A stretch of DNA of 64,000 nucleotides from Chamberlinius hualienensis (Eukaryota). The translations under genes were made by a program, and so were the position numbers. The DNA is taken from NCBI GenBank assembly GCA_054772095.1, contig BAAGAE010000031.1, forward strand, positions 1,366,979 through 1,430,978. The letters are read 5' to 3'. Positions 12,953-25,444 of the stretch are shown one piece after another. Position 1 is the stretch's first letter. Each line of letters opens with the position of its first letter. Under the pieces are notes generated by a model. The model did no database searches. It was given only the letters and a program-made list of their open reading frames with translations, and was not told the DNA's origin.

Positions 12953-15854
12953 GTGATAAACTTTTTTACGAGTTTGTATTTCGTCTTATTGTGATGGAAG
13001 TTTTTTTTTTTTTTTTTTTTGGATACGTGTATTTTAAAAGGTGCAAACAGAAGAAGAATAAGAATAAACTGAAAGGGATTAAAATGAATTTTAAGGGTCT
13101 TCATGAAAAGAAATGAAAATGTGATTTGAATGAAGATTAGTTCTTATTTCTTAAACAGAAGAACTACTGTACGTGGTTTGAGATACACGGGTTTAACTAA
13201 TCACAATTTCTAAGTCTTTTTTAGTTAGATTTGGAAACTACTTAAACAGAAACAAGTTAAAATTAGCATATAAATGGTTGAAGAATGTGATAGTTAAATA
13301 TCAATTGAAGTTTTTGTTGTTTTTTTTTTACTGGATTTTTCTAGCTTAATTTAACTTGACAATTTTTTATTTTACTTATCTGCTGATTTATGTTAAGCTC
13401 AGAAGTCGAAATTGGAAAAGGGCCTGTATTTGATTAAGATTGTTATCTCAAATGACAAACGAATTTTTTTTATTCACTTTACAACGGCAAGTGTTAGAAT
13501 TTTGTTTAGATGGTATACATTTATTTTTTTACGTGACAATCATTTCCATAATCAGATTTAACGAAGCGTGATCTTTAATTTTCTTACTAGATTAGGCTGT
13601 TAATGTTAACAATCGTAAGTTTGTTAACATTTTAAGTGAAGTTTTGATAAAATTTGTATTTGTTCTTTTACTTCCAATATTTATGTTAAGCTATTTAAAA
13701 AACATTTTTTAAAGTTTTATTTTTTGGCTAATTCTAATGGCATACTGTAAGTTATGTTGACGAGACAATTTTTAATTCAGTATTCTTGTATTGTGTGATA
13801 CTAATATTATATCAATTTTTTAAATTTATATATGGGTTAGTTTCGTCTAATTTTTGACATTACTGGTCATTTTTAATACAATAGGCAAATTTCAGGCTAA
13901 TTTATAAATGTAGAATTGCATGATTTTTATAATATAACTTGTATATAATTTCTAATAGTTATATTTGTAGGGTTAACAATTTTATAAGTCATAAAAATTC
14001 GGGTCCTAATTATTACATTTTAAGTCTAAGAGTTAAGAGTTGGTTGCCAAAAACATTTGTATATGCAAATTTTTGATTTTTCCAATGATTGAAATTATAA
14101 TCTGCACTAATGACACACGCTGATGGGTAAACTATTTGTTTGTACTAATTTAGCGTCAATCATGACTAGTATCAGTTTGAATTGGGAAAACTATAAATCA
14201 CAGCCATATAGCTGTTTAGAAGAGAGAATTACGAAATATCTAATTATGTCATAAATATTTTTTTTTACTATACGGGTGAAATGATTAAGCTAACAAATTA
14301 AGCTGAATGTTGTATTTTTTATCATTTTATTTTGATTCATATTTTTCGTTTGTCATTTGGAAAACTGCAGTTATCATTTTTTTCATTCGTAATTTAAGCT
14401 ATAAATAATAAATAAATGGTATAAGGTGATTAGGCAAAATAACTGAATAAAGTTTGATTAGGAAAGATACAATTTATAACCAATTTTTTTTTTGTTTTGG
14501 CGAATGGATTTCAGAAGACTTCAAATCTACCAATTTCGAATTGAGACGTTCTTTTAATGACGGCTTTTTTATGTGTATAACTTTTATATATAAATTAGAC
14601 TATCTTATTTAGCTTTCATTAACGGTAATAGGGCATCGTTAATGACATCTATTGCGAATTTTATTCAGATTACTTGGCTTCAGATACTAATTTAAAATGT
14701 AACTTATTAGTTCATTTTATGTTTTGTTCTGCGCTTAGTTTTAGCGACTGCATCAAGTAGATTGAAGAGACAGAAAATTGGAAATTTGATAGTTTGCGCT
14801 TTCGTGAAAATTGGAATGCAGCAACGTCAAATTACTAAAATGTAAATTTTAATGAACTATTTTGGCACTTAAAATCTACATTTGTAATGATAAGTATCTT
14901 ATTGAAATCTTTGAGTAAAATATATTCTAGTAGAGATTTGGTAAATAGCCGACAAAGGCATGAGAATGTATAACATTTTGAAAATGGTGTGTTGTTATGA
15001 TTTTTAACATTTCTTATGGGAATAACTTGTTTGGGTTAGCCAATTTGTTTTCTAGTACGAATAATTTAATTAATTATTGCTTAGCTTCCTATTTTTAACA
15101 TTTCAAGACTTGAAACATTTCATCTTTGGATTTGAAATCTAATAGAATTATAAGCAATAGTTATTACTGCTTGAGTCTTGGAAATTCATATGATGCATGA
15201 GACAGGCAACGACTGCAGTAACAATAGTTAGAGCTTAGTACTGCTAGTGTACGTAGTGAAAAACGTAGGGCTTCTATGACATGAGCTAACATGTGAAATA
15301 CATAAAAAAAAATCACAGTGATTGACCAGTCAACTGTATACGGTCTAAATATGTTTTGAAAACGCAATATTGTGCTGTATTTGCAGTAAAATCTGTACCG
15401 TATTCAGAAAATGCAGGCTTTTTATATACCTCATTTGAGTATGAAATTTATAGGTATCTTTGGATTTATAGTTTTATTTCAGTTTCATATATGCAGTATT
15501 TATTGATGCCCAATAACAATTTGCTATTACGTTTTATATGTATCAATATTCTACGTGTGTTTGGACATCGAAAAGAAATGCGCATAACGTATTATGTGTG
15601 AAAGAAAAGTGAAAAGTCTGTAGTTGCAATAGATGTTTTTGAGTATTATCATTTTATGATGATCCTTTTGCTTCAGTCGTCAAATGTCTTAGATGCTGTA
15701 TACGTCACATTCACAAAGTCTTATTGATTTTGATACATAAGCTGTGCCTGCAACAATAAAAGAATTTTCCTTATGGCTTTTCGCATTTCTGTGCTTTTGT
15801 GGATATACAGTATGCACATCCAGTTTTTGATGTACAGCGTCAAACATTTTGTAT

Positions 15855-15885
<31 letters not shown>

Positions 15886-18800
15886 GCAATCTTATAACAG
15901 ACATGAAGTGTACATATACCGTATATGTATCTGGGAAATATGCTCGTATGTATGTGCGTGTGTGTCTGTGGACAAGATTTTGTTTATATACTGCATATAC
16001 ACACTTTAAGTTGTGTGCCTGGAATAAACTAAAACAGATGTATAAATCTGCTGCCTCGCAGTCACAACTCGGTAAACTGAACGGTAGATGCCATAGGTTC
16101 ATTGATTTTTTTTTTTCTCAAAGTGAAAGTGAATGTTGTGTCGCATAAAACTGTTTCACGGATTTCACGTATAAAACTTTACCATCAAAAACAAGAACCA
16201 AAGAATAACGAAGACTTTTTTTCCCTTCAATTTATATGTTTAGGTTGCGCACGTGTGTGTATATGTGTGTGTGTGTGCGAGTTAGATGGAAAAACACAAA
16301 GGGTCTTTTTTTTATTATATAAATATAAGCTTAGAAAGTTAGGATCATTGAACGGTGAGGTTGGGAAGCATTGGCACAACCAAGTGCCCTTTCCCTTCAA
16401 TATTGGTAGGTGGAGAGCCAAAATTCGGGAGAATGTTTGTTTAAAGAAGAAAAAATAAAATATAAAAGTCGAACTGCTGCTGGTTTCATTGATAGAAACT
16501 CCTGTCTTTTGTGTGCGTGTGTATGTAAGAGATGAAATTTAAAAGCTATATACGCTTTAAAACGGTGAAACTCTACCTTTACAGTTTATACCGTCGTTGG
16601 AGTACAAATCGCCCTACAGCGCGTATATAATGCTCGCTTTGCCAGGGGAACTTTTGCACAAAAATTGCAATTGTTTTCTTTCATCTCTCTCGCGCGGCTT
16701 TATCTATGAATATATGGAAATGTTATCGACTGCCTTTAACTATATAAGCGAAGAATAATAATAAGAAAAATATGGGAATAGTTTTTATGAAGAATATATG
16801 GTACATTATGATGTATGCGTCAAATACTTAACGCGAAGCTTGTGTGGAAAATGAAATTTTCAAGTCAAGTCAAGCAGATCAAAATATTGCTCTATATGTC
16901 AGCATCGTTCAAAAAGTGAATAATATTCTGCAGGCTGTGAAATTTTCAAGGAATTGGCTAACCTTTTTTTTTTTTTGAGATGTTTGTCAAATTATCAGTG
17001 GACTCGTAGTTAAAAATTGCCAAATGTTAGAGTTCATGTCTGAGACGATAATAATAGTTCAGAAGCACTTCAGGAAGCCAATTTAATTGACTCGTTATAT
17101 TGATGAATTAATGTTTTGACTTTTAAGGCAACTGTCTAATAATTGGCTTAATGCGGGAGTACAACCTTTGCAGCGAGATAATTAAAAGTCGTGAACTTCT
17201 ATTGGTAATTGATGTTTCAAGCTATCAAACGCCTGCGGCACTTCTGAAGAACTTTGGCAAATACGAGTTTTTATATGAAATTTACTCGATTATATGAAAT
17301 TTTGACATCTCTATAAGCTTCTTATTTGGCAACTTGGTCATGAATCATCTCGCATTTAACAATAATAACGTGTGTACTTTTGACAAAGTGTTGGTGACAA
17401 TTCAAGTATGAAATTACCGATGTAACTCACTATGACATATACAGTATTTATTACTCTCGTTCTTCTGTTTCACCTTTAATTTGAACTGTTAACTAGGTGA
17501 AGAGTTCACATTCAAAGTGATCAAATTATTGTTAGAAGTTTGTAATTAAAATTGAATGTCGTTACGCCAGTTAATTTTCTGTCTCTTAAATCGATGGAGA
17601 ATTAATTTAATATAATTACCGAATGATTGCTTTTTATGATTGCGGTTTATAATTTTTCATGCGATTTTTAAAAAAAATTATTATTGAGCGTAATTAAAGA
17701 TTATTTAAATTTTTTTTTTCTTATTTCTTCTATTTAAGTGTTCGTTATGAGTAAACAGAGGGGGTATATTCATAATAGAGGATGGGTTAATTGTTGTAAA
17801 AAAAAAAAAAAAAAAAAAGAAAGGGAAGAGGATGAATGAAATGTTGAAATTAAAAAAGGAATGGTTCTTTTCTGATCGTGTTTAATCTTGTGGGAGTGAT
17901 TAATATGCGTGGCAAAGCTCATTGACTGAGCTCTTTTGTTTGTTGTTATATATTTCTCTGCTTTTGGTGTTTATAGTTATTAATATAAAAGGAGTTGGTG
18001 CTAATAATATTAATTACAATGAAATTAATAATCGATTAATGTGCAATCCATCCATTTATTCCATTCTTCATCATCACCAACAGATGCTCCATTCGCTCCA
18101 TTTCAAATGCAGGCTCTCTCAGCAAATCGATAATTCAAATGCTCTCGATTCAAATCGATTTTCTTTATCTACCCAATGCATTTTATAAGCATCTTTTGGG
18201 GGGGATACGGGGAAGAGGAGGAGAAGAAGACTAAATAAAATGTGGGAGGGACAAAGCTTAAAAGGTTTGCGTATATATAGACAGTTTTGCTAGGAATTTT
18301 ATAAGAGGAATAAAATATATATAACTTATATATATATAAAAATAGGAGCGAAATTGAGGGGCATAGCTTGAATTATGAGCTAAAGCAAGGAATGAAAAAA
18401 GGAAGTTGTTGAATTCGATTTTACCAAAGGAGGAATCTCTTAAGGGAATTTTTTTTTATTTATACAAATGAATGGCACTGGCGAGCTGCACACTTCTTTC
18501 ACCGTGTCTCATTTTAGTTTAGCATTTTGCTTGTAACGTATAATAATTCGAGAAATAGCGAATCCGGTTTTTAATAAGATCTGATGCGGCTGAGACAGTG
18601 TTACACTCGGCCATCACCATGATATTGACGATTATTTGAAATTCTTTAAAGCAACTTTTAAGTGGCTGTCTAAACTTTTAAACACATTCGTATTTTACTA
18701 ATACTGTTTCTAAATAGGTTTTTATGACACAAGTTAGCTTTGAATGTTATCTAGTCATTGTTTTTAGTGTTTAAATTTGTGTTGTTTGAGTTTTAAAATG

Positions 18801-21451
18801 ATGTTCTTGTGTAAGGTAAACGATTGGAATGGAAAATGTATTAGGATTATTTCATTTATTGTAAGTGATCGAATTTTTTGTTGTTGACTTGTAATACGTG
18901 AAAACTTTATGATAAGCTTATATGTTTGCTATAAGTGAAGATATTTCCTGTCAGTTTTTTTTTTAATCCTATACATATAATGCTCATGAGCTGTTGGAAC
19001 TCTGCATTATTATATTGGAATCAGGTGAAGCACTTTTGAACATTTTCAAGCTGAAACTACAAAAATGAAAATATATTTTACTCTTTTTCACACTTTTTTT
19101 TTTCTTCTACTTTTGTAAAAGTGAATTGACAATCCTCACGATTGCTTTTGTGGAAAATTGCTTTTTTACGATGTTAAAATAATCGTCAAATATCCGTTTG
19201 AAAATGAAAGTGAATAGAAATAAAATGGTAACTTGCAAATTGGAGAAAAAAAAGTTGTTGAAAAATGACAGCAAAGAAAGTGAAAAGATTTCAAGGAGTT
19301 AAATTGGGTTTGAAATATATTGCTATAAATGAGTAGATAAGGGTTTTAAATATTAATATTATATGGAGAGAGAGAGGAAAAATTTATATATATAAAAAAA
19401 AGCGACTAGTTCGTTTTCTACATCTAAATATGCCAAGCTCATTAGCCAAGAAAAAAAAAAAGAACTAAAATTTGAATTTTTTAAATTAATCATTTTAAAA
19501 ATACTAAATCATTTGGAAATGGTTAACCGAATTTGTTGGAGGGGGGGGGGGGAATATGAGTTGGGCGAGAAAATGCATCGAATTGTTCAACTACTGCACT
19601 AAATTCAAGCTAGATGAATGACGTCATAGGCATGTTATATTATAAAAGGCGGCGGTGGACGAGCTATGTGTTTATAGGGAGAAAGGGGTGCTGCTCTAGA
19701 CTTAAAAAATAAGAGAATAGATAGGATTGGGATTGGTGGTGTCTAAATAGGCAAATATACTTTTTTTTTTTTTGATATAGAGTACACATACATATAAGAT
19801 ATATATGGAGATAAAAGGAGAAGATATGATTGCAGGCTTCTCGTTTTCTAAAACGAGAAACTACGTGACCGGAATACGCCGGAATGCTTCGTTTATTCTC
19901 TGGCTTTTTTTATATCATTTTTTATTTTGGAAATCATGCCGGATGCCATTAGTAGTGCACACTCTGCATATATAGAGTTTAAGAAAGTTAAGAGAAATTG
20001 GTGGTTAGGAAAAGGGAAGTATATATGATTGGGATGGATATACTGGGTATAAGGTGGGAGATGGGGAAATGATGTTTGGAATCGAGAATATTTTGGTACA
20101 AATTTAAGGTTTATATTGTATATTTGGGAATGAGAAAAATTATAATATCATTTAAGTGTTTTGGATTTTTTTTAATAAAAAGTCTGTAAACGAATTATAT
20201 TGTCAGATAGCCCTTTTTAATTTTTAATAACTAATACGATCGAATCGGCGAGTGGAAAGTTAAAAAAAAAATTATTTAAAAATATTTTGTAATATTTCAA
20301 CATAAATTTAGCCATATAGTATTGATGTGAATAGCTCAGCGAATTCTTTAAATATTTTAAAACAATAAAAAGTTCCTTTTACGCATTTTTTTATTTTTTT
20401 TTGGATTTTCTCAAAATTATTTTTTTGGATATACACTGTTTATTCCACTCACTGATAAAAAGGGTATAAGCAAGCATAAAACGTTTTATAGATTTTTTTC
20501 TACTTGGAAAGGCGCTAACTAATCTTACTACAGTTTTGTGTATTGTCTAAAATTAATTATTGCTAATGTTTATGATGTGTATTCAAGTCCTTTGGATGAT
20601 TTCAATTTAATAATAGTATTTCTCGACGTCAGCTAATGGAGTTTTTGTTTGATGCGAGCAGTCGTAAATTAATTAAACATGCGCATACTCAATGACTTAA
20701 TGATGAATGATGAATGAAAAATTAAATTGATTTTTACACAGTCTAATTTAGTGTTTCTCGGATTTTTTTAAACTCTACTTTATCAACGTGCAAAATTTGA
20801 TCATCATATTAATAATGAACTGGGAAAGTTAGTGCTGACGAAGCAAACTGATTATGATGCAAACTGATGTCTTTTTTTTTAATGTAATTTACATGCCAGA
20901 TTTCAATTTGAATAATAAATTAATAACACGTGGGGTGTGATGGAAATTAGAAACTAGTGTTGTTTTACTGTGAAAATGGCAAATTCGGAAGGTTTATTTT
21001 CTTAGCAGCGTATAACGAATAAACGATTTAGCAGGAACATTTTTTATTCATTTTAATCTTTGCCAGTCTTAGTTCTAAAGCTTATACTCTCTGTCACTCT
21101 TAAAATTCCAATAGAAAGTGAAATTTACCTCCACTTATAATGTAAAGCAAGTTGAGATTCATTATGATTCATATAATGTGACTTGGTGAAAATTAATTTA
21201 ATAGTTAACACTGAGATTTACTGATACAATATTTCCTAGTAATAAACTGATATCTACCACGTTTTTAAATGGAAATAGGTAAAATTAGTTAAGTTTTGTT
21301 ATTAGTATTAATTAAAATTTGTAGTAATTTTTTCAGTAAACTTGATCGGTTAATTATTTGTTTCTAGCAGTAACTTGTGTTATAAAAGGTGTCCATGTGC
21401 TAAATTGTAGCCTTTAAATGACATTGGACGATAATTATTTGCTATTACAAT

Positions 21452-21673
21452 CAGAGGTTTGGAGCAGGCCATTTTTGAGCGGCATCAAATTATTTGCTCC
21501 CGCTCCGCTTCGTGCTCCGAAAAATAATCGATAAATCGACAAAACAATCGATTAATTGTCAGTTTTTCTCATTTACTATGTAAATATTCGGAGCACGAGC
21601 CCTTGCAATTTTTTTTGCTTCTTACTCCCCTCTTGCTCCGGGCAAAATACAGCTGCTCCGCTCCAAACCTCTG
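21452..21673. mobile_element. hAT-like MITE, second copy, flanked by 8-bp target-site duplication ATTACAAT
   Basis: The TIRs are CAGAGGTTTGGAGC and GCTCCGCTCCAAACCTCTG. ATTACAAT is present at 21444-21451 and 21674-21681. It is inverted relative to the copy at 3272-3497. Confidence 0.8.
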
Positions 21674-21940
21674 ATTACAATACACGCTAACTACAACTGT
21701 CTGAATCTTATTGAGTATACGCGGTCTATTGACTCTACGAGACTTTAAAACGTGGCATTTAGCATACTGGCCTATCTTGATCATTAATGTGACCTTATTA
21801 ATTATCGTGCAAGTGTGATCTCAGTATGAAAATATGAAAAAAGATAGAAATGTGAAAAATATTTGTGCTTAAAATTTCGCTAGAGGCCTATGTTAGATGT
21901 ATATTTTTAAAACTAATTTACATTGGCTATTTACCCAACC

Positions 21941-21956
21941 CCCCCCCCCCCCCCCC
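21941..21956. repeat. C16 homopolymer. Also G12 at 19545-19556 and C12 at 29590-29601
   Basis: G and C homopolymers are unusual in an AT-rich background of roughly 30% GC. Confidence 0.9.
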
Positions 21957-23744
21957 AAAATTTTTTCTGGTATATTATAATGCATTATTAAGAAGGAAAA
22001 AAAGACAAAAGCTATTTCCTATCTTATTTATTTAATACTCAGCATAATTTAAGTTTATAAACATAAGTAATTTATAGAAAAGCAAATATTTCCAATTGGC
22101 TGAATTTTTAAAAGCCATCAAGTGCAAAATGTGTAAGGAATTATTTATATTTCGCTGCTCTCTTCAAATTATTTCGGTTATTATCAAGACTTTGAGTATG
22201 AATGAAAAGTTATTTGCTTATGCATAATAAATGTTTCTCTAATGTTTGACTACTGAATCCGTCGAGAAATACTTGAATTTTTTATATAAATATACTTTTT
22301 TTTTTTTAAATGTGCATATAGCGTATGTACGGCGTAGGCGTTTATAATTAGTATACGCAAAAGTATGAAGAAAACTGACTTGTGAGTGTAATAAAATGTC
22401 AACCGAAAAAAAAAAATGTTTTTCACCGTCGTTTTCTTTTTTTTTCTTTCTTTTTTGTATAGTTTCCCCCTATAGGGAAATTCCGATATAAATTAGGAAA
22501 ACATAAAGGGAAAGTATGCTATTTTTTTATATGATTTTTTTCTTTAGGGTCGTTTAATCTCTTTCATTTTGATACATTAACACACAAGTAACAAGTACAT
22601 TTCTTCCATAACCGTTCACTCGATTACATATTCATGTTATGAATGCCAAATAAAACTTTTAAATATATATAAGTAGTGGAAGGTTAATGTATGGGTGAAA
22701 AAATGTTTTTTTAGTATGCGTGAAAAATCAAAATGAAAGAGTCGTCGTTAAACTCATAAAGTGTCACTCATTAAACTTAAAGGGAAAAAAATTAAGATTA
22801 TGAAAAGACAGTGAAAAGATTATAGTGTATTATAAGTATTAAAAAGTTTATATGAAGCTATATCTACTATAGTCATTAATCATCAGGCAGGAAAACGTTT
22901 TTTTTTTTTTTTTTTTTTTTTTTTACATAACAATTCTTTGAAAAATTGTATGCTTAGGAAATGATATACTTAAAACAGCCATTAAAATTAACTGCGTTGT
23001 TATTGGGGAGAGGAAGCTGACAGAAATACCAAGCAGTTTTCAAGTGTTGTTTTATTGCACTAATTACAGTATAATCTCGATATAAGAGACGTTTTATTTT
23101 GAAGAAACGCGGTTATGAGGTACGACATTTTTGTTCTTCTGAAAAATTGGAATTAATTAAGAAAAAAAAAAGTTAATTTTTTCGTGCTTTATTGCCATTT
23201 GAGCAAGCAACATCATGCAATTTTAATGGAAAATGTACTGAGAACGTTCAAAAATTTATAACCCGCATGCCTAAAATTCCAATTTCAACGTAACATTTTG
23301 ACTTTTTTAAACTATTAACCATTTTGTTATTATTTTTTTTAAATATACTACTATACCACAATTGATAATAATATTAATTTTTTTGATTATTAAGTACAAA
23401 TTGGTGTATTAAACATTTTATATCGAGATTTTACCGCATGTCAAAGTTTTCTACATGGCTCTGAAGCATTATTTTCACTTTCATCAACTAAAATTCCTAA
23501 CATTCTGTTGTTTTGTATCGAGTGTCTTAATTTTACTTAATGGAAAGTTAAATAAAAGATGCAAGATACTAAATACAGTTTAATTTTTAACTAATTATCA
23601 TTCCTTAAGGGTAGGGAAGTTTTTTTTTTAAGGATTTTGGTTAAGGGGGTTATACAATAGGTTTTGGGAGAGAAGAAGGATTTGATTGAGGGGATAATAA
23701 ATGTTGGGTTTTTTTATTTGGGCAGGGGAGAGGGAATTGTTTAC

Positions 23745-24047
23745 CGTTGACAATAAGTTGGGTACTGTATCTGGCGCTTCCGGCATCGTTGCCTGCCACA
23801 CATGTGTAAGTTCCGCTATGCTCTTTCTTAACGGAATCAATGGACAGAATGCTCGAGTATTCATCAAACTTTCGGACCGTAATTCCGGTCCCGAGGATGG
23901 GGGTGTTGGGCACAGGTTGTCTGTCCTTCTCCCACATAATCCTCAGCGGTAAGTCGCCTCGACTCACCACACAAGACGCGCGAGCTAGCATTCCCTCGAG
24001 TATGTGCTGCTCGTCTTGGAATGAGAATGGCACAATCTTTGGCGGGA
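23745..24047 (-). CDS. Dscam: Dscam-like alternative Ig7 exon, variant 3 of 3 in transcription order, 303 nt (VPPKIVPFSFQDEQHILEGMLARASCVVSRGDLPLRIMWEKDRQPVPNTPILGTGITVRKFDEYSSILSIDSVKKEHSGTYTCVAGNDAGSARYSTQLIVNG)
   Basis: Complete Ig domain in a single exon. It shares acceptor phase (1), donor phase (1) and the donor motif AAC G|GTAA with the other two variants. It carries a 5-codon insertion relative to them. Confidence 0.85.
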
Positions 24048-24287
24048 CTTCATTCATTTATTAATTATTTAACGATTATCCAAGAAATACGGTAGTGGAG
24101 AGAGTGGTGTGGTGATGGCAAGTGTCATCAGCGGTGATAGTTGTTGATCATCATCGACATCATCAGGATACAAAGATTCGTGGACGATTTTTTTTTTTAG
24201 TAATTTTGTCAAAAGAATATTTTGTGGCCAAGAGGTTTTCGGTTTTGTTTTATCCCCAGTGAAGTTAGTAAGAATAAAGCCAAACAG

Positions 24288-24312
24288 ACAGAGAGAGAGA
24301 GAGAGAGAAAGG
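24288..24312. repeat. (GA)n microsatellite. Other short dinucleotide runs: (CA)n at 5820-5836, (TA/CA)n at 1741-1790, (GT)n-rich at 16250-16290
   Basis: Dinucleotide repeats are read directly. Confidence 0.9.
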
Positions 24313-25156
24313 CAGGGGTTTGAGAAACAGGGTGTGAAGGGAAATTATGGAAATTTAATTAATAAATTTTAATAAATGACAAAATCGGGATGTCAAATTA
24401 TAAAATAAAATATTTAAGATGGCGTTGTTGAAAGTCGATTTTTTGTTGTTGAAGATGGGAGGGATGGATAGGAATTAGGCGGGAAATTTTTTTTGTTGTT
24501 GTTGAAGTGAAGGAAGAGCACAAAAAAAAAAAAGAGAAAAAAAAAACAAAAAAAAATATTTGTGAGCACAACGATGTTTTACAACGACGATTAACAACAA
24601 ACACACCTGATTAATTAATATTATTCGTTAAATTTCATAATTTTTTTTTTGGTTGGTGGGGGAGTTTAAAGCGTAAAATCGACAACATTAACCAACATTA
24701 AGTTTTCTTTTCTTCCCTTCCTCTTCTTACGTTTATTACCGTTAACGGTGATGAAATTAAATCTTAATATTGGGAATGATGTCGATTTCACTCTTTTTGA
24801 CACCCTGCAACTGCAAAAAGTTTATTATATATATATATATTTTATAAATATATATGGATCAAAATATATTTATCCTAATCCCTTTTTAACCAAAAATAAA
24901 TAAATAAATAAAATGCAATAAACATCAAAATGAAATATATTCGTCGGCCGCAAACACATTGAATTAACATTAAGTGTAACTTTGATCACAGCACGCACTG
25001 CCATTATCATCTGCATTTCGACCAAATAAAAATAATGATTAATATTAATTAATAGAAATTAAGACTGTAGAAGAAAGAGTAGAAAATGACAGAGAGCAGG
25101 GATAGTGACAGTGACTGACAGTCGACAACCGTGACACACCTAGACAACTCAATTAC

Positions 25157-25444
25157 CATTGACCACCAAAATGGCCGACTGTTGGGTGGCCGCCGCGTTG
25201 TTGCGCACTTTGCACGTGAACGTGCCGCTGTGTCTACGGGCCACTTTGTCAATGGTAAGAATGCTAGAATAGTCGTCGATTTCACGGACCTTAACGGCCG
25301 GGTCGTCAAGTAGTGGTCGATCGTCCTTCAGCCATTCGATGACGATTGGTAGATCCCCCTGATATACCACGCACGACAGGCGTGCGACAGATCCTTCTAG
25401 TAAAGGATCGCCTTGGAATGAAAATGGGGTGATCTTTGGTGCAA
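25157..25444 (-). CDS. Dscam: Dscam-like alternative Ig7 exon, variant 2 of 3, 288 nt (VAPKITPFSFQGDPLLEGSVARLSCVVYQGDLPIVIEWLKDDRPLLDDPAVKVREIDDYSSILTIDKVARRHSGTFTCKVRNNAAATQQSAILVVNG)
   Basis: ttgcAG acceptor and AAT G|GTAATT donor. Same length class and phase as the other variants. Conserved ends (PKITPFSF...GDLPI...SSILTI...G.YTC...L.VNG) around a divergent core. Confidence 0.85.

Noticed and set aside
19838-19861. Perfect 8-bp-stem hairpin TTCTCGTTTTCTAAAACGAGAAAC
   Set aside because: It is short and isolated, and such palindromes are frequent by chance in 64 kb of AT-rich DNA. It is not reported as a feature.
23701-24064. Plus-strand ORFs 23701..23952 and 23840..24064, and likewise 25131..25313, 40894..41283 and 42583..42789
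   Set aside because: They are antisense to the GC-richer Dscam exons. Open antisense frames are expected from the codon composition, and they show no homology.
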